In this document: positions 57,082 through 64,000 of the stretch, piece after piece
Numbering within the stretch: the first letter of the stretch is position 1
Layout of the letters: the number at the start of each line of letters is the position of its first letter
The notes under the pieces: generated by a model
Database searches by the model: none
Seen by the model: the letters and a program-made list of their open reading frames with translations, nothing else
What the model was told of the DNA's origin: nothing
Made by a program: the position numbers and the translations under genes
Source of the DNA: Candidatus Poribacteria bacterium
Lineage (GTDB): Bacteria; Poribacteria; WGA-4E; PCPOR2b
Reading direction: 5' to 3'
DNA: 64,000 bases
NCBI GenBank assembly: GCA_965208325.1
Contig: OZ242326.1
Span: 4,032,001-4,096,000 of the forward strand

Positions 57082-59022
57082 TCACCTCCGAATCGGGTGC
57101 CAAAAGTGGGAATAGGTGGGTACGTCGAAAACAATGCCGATGACACTCCAAATTGTCATTGACACGAAATCACCCAGGATGACACCGACAGCCACGGGGA
57201 TGGTCTTCCGATAAGCGCGCAATCCTCCGTATTTAAGGACAATGGATTTTACGAGCCATCCAATAAGGAACGGCGTCCACAGATAATTCATTGTATGGTC
57301 ATTTGCCATGAGATAACCGACGGGGTGCAGCGACCACCATAGAAAACGAGACCGCATAAATGCAAGAAACAGAACAACAACGAAACCCTGTGCGACGGTT
57401 GCCATGACTGGGTAATTGACGCCGCTGGGATAGACCAGCCAACGTTCTAGAGCGCCATAGGTAATCCACCCAAGATAGGTTCTGCCTTTAGCGGCTCCGA
57501 AATCGAAAAGCGTGTGAAGCGATGCCCATAGCGCAGCGGTGATAGCGACGCCGACAGCCAAGATGATAGCGGCAAACAACTTGGTATTGTCGATTCCAGT
57601 GCGTTCGGCGACTTTGAAAGCCTCCATTTGGTGCGGCATGGGATTGTTCCTGTTTGCGAGGGAAAACCATCGGAGCAGTGCCATCATGCCGAGGTTCTTT
57701 GCTCCGAGTCTACGTGTGCCAAGTGAATAATACAGGAGGTTGCTTGGTCCGATTTCTGGGTAGTAGTGTACGGGCGCCCCCAACTCGGCGCGCAGCTTGG
57801 TAACGCAGATGGAGACTGCGCCGTAAAGCGCGAAGAACAGAAAAGCTAGCCAGAGCGACATGCCGCCCATATAACAGAACCAGATTAGGATGACTAAGCC
57901 GAATACCACGCCAATGAAAGCCAGCCGAAAGGGGATTGGCTCAGAACTTTCATCCAATTGTGTCCCGCCCACAAAGACCTTTTTCAAAATTTGACTCAAC
58001 CGCTTTCGGCTCGCCCAGATTGCTAGCAAACAGATGGCGAGATAAGCGCCGCCGCTGGCTTGGTGATTGAATGCCATCCCAGCAGGAATAGCCCATCCCA
58101 TTATGTACCTGACGACTAGTTCAGCTTTCCAAACGAGAAAGAAAAACCAAGCTGACAGTGAAAGGTCTAACGGACTGAAATAGACTAAGCCAATCATAAA
58201 GGGGTAAAAAGAGACGCGCGTCATGCCCATCGCAGTCCACGGTTTGTCCCTAAAAAGATGGCCGAAGTCGACGTACCAGATGGGAACGTGGGGCACTTGC
58301 GGGAAGAAGAAGTAGAGACCGTTGAAAATCTGGAAACCTAGCACAATTGTGAAGCTGGTCCACATCGCGCGCCGCTTGAAGAATTGAGATGTATCTTGTG
58401 TCATCTCAAGCGGAATTTGGATAATCGGATATGTAAGCCTTTCAGCGTTAATCCATTGACTTCTAAAGAAAACGGTTATAACCGCAAGGGTTGAAACTAG
58501 AACGAAGGCAAAGAAGCCCCAGGCGAGGACAGGCGTAATAACGGCGCGGATATGTTCGGCGGTGTATAAGGTAGATTCACCTGTATAATAGTCCTTGACG
58601 ACACCATCGCTGTGAAGGATTAACCATTTGGGCAGATGTGAAATGAAGAGGTTCGCCCAGTCGTTTTCAGGGGTAGCATACGCTGCCGGATGCCCGATGG
58701 TATGAACGAGAGTTTCTATGAACTCTAACCCGCAGATGACTGCTCCAATCGCCATCATCACGTATATCACCATCAACTCGCCCTGGGTGAATGCGTGTCG
58801 GGGCAAGAATCGCTGCAAGAAGACGTTGAGTGTGATTAGAGCGATTAACCAGATTACCGCGTTCAGAATTAGCGCGACAGTTGTGGTTTCCGGTGAATAG
58901 CGAACGATTTCCATGTTGTAAATCCAGAAAGCGTTCACGATGATGAGCACCACACCAATCAGGGTCGCGCGCAATGTCACATGGGAGGGTTTTGCTGCGT
59001 TCGCGGTCAAATTTTTCCGCAT
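57082..59022 (-). CDS. DUF6785/DUF6784-type polytopic membrane protein (putative transporter)
   Basis: GELMVIYVM, QWI.AERLTYP, K.RAELG.P and RFLWWSLHPVGY...KYGGLRAYRK..P...G.ILGDF motifs. ATG at 59022 is chosen by homology with the paralog start at 59855. Confidence 0.75.
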   Translation of the reverse strand: MRKNLTANAAKPSHVTLRATLIGVVLIIVNAFWIYNMEIVRYSPETTTVALILNAVIWLIALITLNVFLQRFLPRHAFTQGELMVIYVMMAIGAVICGLEFIETLVHTIGHPAAYATPENDWANLFISHLPKWLILHSDGVVKDYYTGESTLYTAEHIRAVITPVLAWGFFAFVLVSTLAVITVFFRSQWINAERLTYPIIQIPLEMTQDTSQFFKRRAMWTSFTIVLGFQIFNGLYFFFPQVPHVPIWYVDFGHLFRDKPWTAMGMTRVSFYPFMIGLVYFSPLDLSLSAWFFFLVWKAELVVRYIMGWAIPAGMAFNHQASGGAYLAICLLAIWASRKRLSQILKKVFVGGTQLDESSEPIPFRLAFIGVVFGLVILIWFCYMGGMSLWLAFLFFALYGAVSICVTKLRAELGAPVHYYPEIGPSNLLYYSLGTRRLGAKNLGMMALLRWFSLANRNNPMPHQMEAFKVAERTGIDNTKLFAAIILAVGVAITAALWASLHTLFDFGAAKGRTYLGWITYGALERWLVYPSGVNYPVMATVAQGFVVVLFLAFMRSRFLWWSLHPVGYLMANDHTMNYLWTPFLIGWLVKSIVLKYGGLRAYRKTIPVAVGVILGDFVSMTIWSVIGIVFDVPTYSHFWHPIRR

Positions 59023-59206
59023 AATGCGAAATTCCTGATTTTTGGAATGAATCGGCTGCCGATGCACAACAATTTCAATCTAAGTTGGGGCACAAATGAA
59101 TCCACTACATTTCTTAGAGCTGCCGCTTCTAAAGCCGAAAGAACTATAGCCGAATTTCATTTCGAGGCCGGAATATTAAGATACAATAATTATCCTGTCC
59201 TGTCAA

Positions 59207-59855
59207 TCATCTCCGAATCGGGTGCCAAAAGTGGGAATAGGTGGGCGCATCAAGAATAATGCCGATGACACTCCAAATTGTCATTGACACGAAATCTCTT
59301 AGGATTATGCCAACCGCCGCGGGGATGGTTTTACGGTAAGCGCGTAAGCCCCCGTATTTAAGGACAATGGATTTTACCAGCCATCCAATGAGGAACGGCA
59401 TCCACAAATAGTTCATTGTGTGGTCATTTCCCATAAGATATCCGACCGGGTGCAGCGCCCACCATAGAAAACGCGAACGCATAAAGGCAAGAAACAGGAC
59501 AACAATGAAGCCCTGTGCGACGGTTGCCACGACTGGGTGATTCACACCGCTGGGATAGACCAGCCAACGTTCCAGAGTGCCATAGAATACCCAACCGAGA
59601 CCAGTTCTACTCGCCCTGGGTGAATGCGTGTCGGGGCAGGAATCGCTGCAAGAAGACGTTGAGTATGATTAGAGCGATTAGCCATATTACTGCGTTCAGA
59701 ATTAGCGCGGCAGTTGTAGTTTCCGGTGAATAGCGAACGATTTCCATGTTGTAAATCCAGAAAGCGTTCACGATGATGAGCACCACGCCAATCAAGGCCG
59801 CGCGTAATGTCACATGGGAGGGATTTGCGGCGTTCGCGGTCAAATTTCTTCGCAT
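59207..59855 (-). pseudogene. Internally deleted paralog of the 57082-59022 membrane protein
   Basis: The first 82 codons and last ~130 codons match the intact gene. About 1292 nt (equivalent to 57484-58775) are missing, giving a frameshift and a TAG at 59607-59609. Confidence 0.88.
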
Positions 59856-59903
59856 ACTGCGAAATTCCGAATTTTATTCGGAATGGCTCGGATGGTGATG
59901 CGC

Positions 59904-60824
59904 TTAACAGACGGCGACAGGATTGCCGAATGATCCGGTTGCCCCTTTTATCGGTATAGGCGCGAAAAAGAACGCGAATTCATAGACATTATCTCGAATC
60001 ATTTCAGTGGTGTTCAAGTTTTCTAGCAGGTATATACCATTCACGGTTAAAAAAATCTGATGCACAGGACAAAAGGCGCCATGTTCTTTGGTTGGTAAGG
60101 CCTCAATGCCCCAGTTGTCTGATCCAACGAGCGCTATCTGCTGTTGAACAAGGAAGTGGGCGGCAGAAACGCCAAGTCCGGGTTCTCCACTCAAATAACC
60201 GTGTTCCGAATCGTTATCCCGCCAGCGGCTGCCCCATCCGGTATGAATTAAGACCACATCCCCAAATCGGATTTGCAGATTGTATTTCTGCAACGCGTGA
60301 TTCAAGTCTTCATCGGTTATTTCATAATCTTTTTCAAGCGCGGGTTTCCCCTTGAGAGACGGAATGTTGAGTAGGATCCCTCGGGTCAAAAAAACACCCA
60401 CTTGTTCGATTCCGAGTTTGGTTACTCCTTCGGAGGTGAACAACTCCCGCCGATCGAATCCGTTGTAGAACGAGTCTCCAATTCCAACATGGACTAAAGC
60501 GTCCATGTGCGTTCCCACATGAATATTAGCAATGTCCAACCTTTCATGGAAACCGGTTGATTGGTTTATACCTTGCGGTGGCGATGTTGGTGAGACCGGG
60601 ATTTTTAACTCCCACGACCATGGCATGCCTTTTTCGTAAATGCGGCCAAGCTGATAGGTTTTTCCTTCTTTGATTAAGCTGATGGATTCCAATACTTTCT
60701 CCGAAGTCATCATGTTGGCTGCGCCGCGCTCATCATCGTAGCCCCATTTTGATGAGCCGCGTTCAGGTTCTTCTGGGGGTGAATACGAACGACTACCGAG
60801 TTCCGAAAGCTCCTGATTTTTCAT
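59904..60824 (-). CDS. Cyclase family metallohydrolase (kynurenine formamidase-like)
   Basis: WG.DDERGAAN, HVGTHMDALVH, TRGILL, GDVVLIHTGW, GSDNWG, H...L...GIYLLENL and GATGS motifs. Confidence 0.88.
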   Translation of the reverse strand: MKNQELSELGSRSYSPPEEPERGSSKWGYDDERGAANMMTSEKVLESISLIKEGKTYQLGRIYEKGMPWSWELKIPVSPTSPPQGINQSTGFHERLDIANIHVGTHMDALVHVGIGDSFYNGFDRRELFTSEGVTKLGIEQVGVFLTRGILLNIPSLKGKPALEKDYEITDEDLNHALQKYNLQIRFGDVVLIHTGWGSRWRDNDSEHGYLSGEPGLGVSAAHFLVQQQIALVGSDNWGIEALPTKEHGAFCPVHQIFLTVNGIYLLENLNTTEMIRDNVYEFAFFFAPIPIKGATGSFGNPVAVC

Positions 60825-61087
60825 TTCATTCTCCTTTAGATTTTAAGTGTATCAACTGTCTTACTGAACGAAAAATGCGCCGCTTGAAGTTTCAGTTTTG
60901 ACGGTAATAAGTATGTCTTTCATTGTATTCGATTAGGGATATTTGTTCAATTGATTTATACATCTAGAACGCTTGTATCCCTACATATATTCCAAACGAA
61001 AATATGTAGGCGAGCCAGTGGCTTTTGGACATCGAAGAAATGATGTGCATGGTGCAGCAGGTGGTCTGAATCGGCAAATTTTGCTGC

Positions 61088-61116
61088 TTGACAACCGTCG
61101 CGAAGTTATGTAGAAT
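61088..61116 (+). promoter_or_regulatory. Strong sigma-70 promoter
   Basis: TTGACA-N17-TAGAAT, ~240 nt upstream of ATG 61360. Confidence 0.7.
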
Positions 61117-61359
61117 AGTTTAACCTCCAACCATTCCGGATTTGATCCTGTGGAAAGGCTGTTTAAATTTGACGACGCCAGGATTGGAGGGTAACAACGT
61201 AGACGGTTTCGTTAATACGAGATACAACCATGACACCCACCAATAGTTGGGTAGTGCTGCTCAGGTTCATTCCACCTGTATCACTGAGTTTAATGCGATA
61301 CGAAAAATGGTTCCCAAATGAACTGGTGATTTAAACGTACCAAAGTGAGGTGACAATCT

Positions 61360-62358
61360 ATGTTAATACGGATAACACCTATGTTTTCCCTTTCGGTTGT
61401 CGGTTTAGTCTTAATTAGCGTCATGTTTGTGGTGGACATTGAAGCACAAGCGCCGGCCGATCCGACAATCGCGATTACGACGAACGGAGCGGATTCCAAC
61501 ATCTGGCTAATGGACGCCGATGGCGTGAATGAGCGAGGTCTTCTACATGTTGGCGGACAACAACCCGTTGGTTTGGTATGGTCTCCGGACGGCACGAAGT
61601 TAGCGTTCCATAACAAAATTGGAGACAACGTCGATATTTACGTGGTGGGTTCGGATGGGAAGAATTTGAAACGGCTCACCGATCATGAGGCGGAAGATAG
61701 CAATCCGGATTGGCATCCAAGTGGTCAAAAACTAGCGTTCCAATCCATGCGAGACGGGAATTTTGAAATCTATACAATGACAACGGCGGGACAAGTCATT
61801 GAGAATCTTACGAACGATCCCGGTAACGACATTACGCCTGCATGGTCATTAGATGCGCGAAAGATAGCCTTTTCCGGCAAGCGGGGCAAAACCTTGGGAG
61901 ATGTCTTTGTGATGGATTCAGATGGCGCCAACCCTCAAAATATTACAAATACGCGCTCCAAGGATTTCGATCCCCGGTGGGCTCCAGATGGAAAACAATT
62001 CGTCTTTACGACGGAAAGGAATGGAGCTGGTGATATCTTCCTTATGGATATCAACGGGGAAAATCAGAGACAGATTAATTTTGAGCCTAATCCCGGGTTT
62101 GTTGGTATCGACGGGGCTCCCGTGTGGTCTCCGGACGGCGGGGAGGTCGCTTACGAAGTCTGTGGAGCCGGGGTCTGCAAGATTATTGTGATTGATCCTG
62201 ATAAGCCCAAAAATCAGCTTATCCTACCGCAACCGGGTGGATTCAATCGTTCTCCCGCTTGGTTTGATCCGGAATTTGTGGTGGAATTCTCTGTCTCTCC
62301 TGCTGGTAAACGCCCGATGACGTGGGGTTGGCTGAAGCAAGTGAGACATACGCAGTAA
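61360..62358 (+). CDS. Secreted TolB-like PD40 beta-propeller protein with a C-terminal VSPAGK...TWG.LK tail
   Basis: Signal peptide, repeated P.WSPDG.KLAF / DGNFEIY / NLTN units, and tail FSVSPAGKRPMTWGWLKQ. Confidence 0.85.
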   Translation: MLIRITPMFSLSVVGLVLISVMFVVDIEAQAPADPTIAITTNGADSNIWLMDADGVNERGLLHVGGQQPVGLVWSPDGTKLAFHNKIGDNVDIYVVGSDGKNLKRLTDHEAEDSNPDWHPSGQKLAFQSMRDGNFEIYTMTTAGQVIENLTNDPGNDITPAWSLDARKIAFSGKRGKTLGDVFVMDSDGANPQNITNTRSKDFDPRWAPDGKQFVFTTERNGAGDIFLMDINGENQRQINFEPNPGFVGIDGAPVWSPDGGEVAYEVCGAGVCKIIVIDPDKPKNQLILPQPGGFNRSPAWFDPEFVVEFSVSPAGKRPMTWGWLKQVRHTQ

Positions 62359-62662
62359 ACTGGAATTATAAGATTCTGCAAGGAGGGTATCTGGTTAATC
62401 GGTCAGAATTCAGATGTGGATGCTCGGCTTGAGTCGAAATATAGCTGCACTGAATATAAGTTGAGCATCCAATTTCAAGTGATTGAATCAACTCTTACCT
62501 ACTTACTTCCTTTAGTGCGACGCTGTGTTGACGGGAGTTGCAGGGCGTTTCAGCCATGGCTGAAATGACTGGATTTTCAAGAACACAGCGGACGCTATCA
62601 GCCAGCACGTTTCAGGTTCTTTCCTTCCATTGCAGCGGGCGCGAACAACAGAAATCATACGA

Positions 62663-63538
62663 CTACGTACCTTGGTAGGTATATTTGTCGTGCGCAATCC
62701 GCAAATCGAAGTCGTCCTGCTCCTCCCACACCGGCATGCCTGGCGGCACCTGATACTTGAATTGTTCCTCATCGGAACTGTAAGGTGCTTTGGCGCGTTC
62801 AACGAAGGCGCGTTGCAGTAGCTTGCATCGTTGTGCGATGAATCCGCGGCGCCACCAGCGGTATTTTTCGTTCCAAGCGATTGTGCGCTGATCGAAGTAA
62901 ATTACACGGCGAAGTTGTCCGCTAGAATTGATCTGGCTGCCGTGAAGCACTTTCGTATGGTGGAGAAGAACATCGCCGGGTTCCATTTCTGCAGGCACTG
63001 CATTAGGGAGATTGAAATTTTTTTGCCCTCTTTCAATCATCGCCGCGGCTTCTTCAACACTCCACATATGGCTGCCCGGTACTACCCAGACACACCCGTT
63101 GTCGACGGTTGATGCGTCAGGGTAGATGTCTACGTTAAATATTCGCAGCGTTTTTGCAAAGTGCTGATCGTCGCGATGCCACGGCACCGAAGAGCCGTTT
63201 TCCGGTAGCTTGAACACCAGTGACTCGAAGCACGGAATAAAATCAAACCCAACCATTCGATACAGCAGATCGGCAATGAAAGGGTGGGCAAGCAACCGAA
63301 GCGAAAAGGAGTTGGGATGGGAATGAAGATACCGAAGGTAATACGGAACACCTTCTGGTCCGCGAGAACACCAAGAGCCCGCCGGTCCCCCCGCTAGGAC
63401 CTCATCAATTAAACGTAAACTTTCCTTTTTGATTTCCGCAAGTTCGTCCGCCTGGATAATTGCGCGTAATATGACGAAACCGTTCTCATCAAAGTATTGT
63501 ATATCTTCGTCTGTTATCTTTTTCATTTGAGGTGCCAC
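62663..63538 (-). CDS. PhyH family Fe/2OG oxygenase
   Basis: FDENGF, FKLP, WHRD, NGCVWVVPGSH, GDVLLH...LHGS..N and RR motifs. Confidence 0.9.
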   Translation of the reverse strand: MAPQMKKITDEDIQYFDENGFVILRAIIQADELAEIKKESLRLIDEVLAGGPAGSWCSRGPEGVPYYLRYLHSHPNSFSLRLLAHPFIADLLYRMVGFDFIPCFESLVFKLPENGSSVPWHRDDQHFAKTLRIFNVDIYPDASTVDNGCVWVVPGSHMWSVEEAAAMIERGQKNFNLPNAVPAEMEPGDVLLHHTKVLHGSQINSSGQLRRVIYFDQRTIAWNEKYRWWRRGFIAQRCKLLQRAFVERAKAPYSSDEEQFKYQVPPGMPVWEEQDDFDLRIAHDKYTYQGT

Positions 63539-63785
63539 TGTACACGTTTTTCGTCATTTAACTTACTATTGCGTGAAATCATGATTAGTGATATGATAAA
63601 ATCGCTTGAGGACGGACAGAATTTAGACGTTAAAATCCACGCAGAACTGCAATAAGCAGGATACATTATACTATTAGCACTTCAGAATTACAATTACAAC
63701 GCGTGTTTTAACGCAGTTCGCATGCGCGGCACGAATTTCAAGTGCCGTAAGGTGTCCGGAATCAGTTTCAAACGGTGTATAACCA

Positions 63786-64000
63786 ATGCTCGACAAGAAT
63801 ATGGTTGCAAATCTTCCATCGCTTCCAGGGGTATATTTTTTCCTTTGTAAATCGGGGAATATCCTCTACATCGGCAAAGCGAAATCGTTGCGCAAACGAG
63901 TTGGATCCTACCTGCATAACCGGCGGCATCACGCTAAAGTTAAACGGTTGGTGCGGCGCGCTGCGCAAATTGATTATGCGGTATGTGAATCGGAAATGGA
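63786..64000 (+). CDS. GIY-YIG nuclease, UvrC/Cho-type N-terminus (runs off the window)
   Basis: Manual translation: MLDKNMVANLPSLPGVYFFLCKSGNILYIGKAKSLRKRVGSYLHNRRHHAKVKRLVRRAAQIDYAVCESEM. Confidence 0.85.
   Translation, partial: MLDKNMVANLPSLPGVYFFLCKSGNILYIGKAKSLRKRVGSYLHNRRHHAKVKRLVRRAAQIDYAVCESEM

Noticed and set aside
57082..59855. Duplicated gene ends as a diversity-generating retroelement template/variable pair
   Set aside because: Differences are not adenine-specific, many are synonymous, and no reverse transcriptase is present.
63786..64000. GIY-YIG ORF as a homing endonuclease or mobile-element gene
   Set aside because: LP..PGVY...YIGKAKSLR.RV.SY is the UvrC/Cho repair-type pattern. 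It is truncated by the window, so no gene symbol is given.
1..64000. tRNA, rRNA, transposase, integrase or phage genes
   Set aside because: None recognised by eye. A tRNAscan/Rfam run would be needed to exclude small RNAs.

Overview
Bacterial chromosomal window (~50% GC), most consistent with Candidatus Poribacteria. This is an inference from an FlgD-like 'LLPNFPNPFNPETWIPY...RKMLILK' tail, a 'VSPAGKRPMTWGWLK' tail, three PhyH genes, and WD40/ankyrin/NHL/cadherin-like proteins. Housekeeping content: partial argJ, sppA, pcm, a TrmJ-type methylase, a reduced dcw cluster (murD-ftsW-murG-murC-ftsQ-like-ftsA, with no adjacent ftsZ), an lpoB-like gene, rhaB and a partial GIY-YIG/UvrC-type gene, plus peptidases and sugar oxidoreductases. 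No rRNA, tRNA, CRISPR array, transposase or integrase was recognised. Most notable: (1) a REP-like repeat family whose hairpin arms enclose a constant-length (73-74 nt) but variable insert, present as an inverted pair and amplified in a 6 x 270-bp mosaic tandem array; (2) a sigma-54 module of two cytoplasmic multi-PAS kinases and an enhancer-binding response regulator, with -24/-12 promoters and duplicated palindromic enhancer-like sites upstream of a cadherin-like/WD40 surface protein; (3) a divergent MetF-like domain fused to a SAM-methyltransferase-like domain; (4) a 45 x 10-bp microsatellite built from a -10-like box upstream of an ankyrin gene; (5) SppA fused to a PorV/FadL-like barrel; (6) an FtsQ-like protein apparently lacking its POTRA domain.
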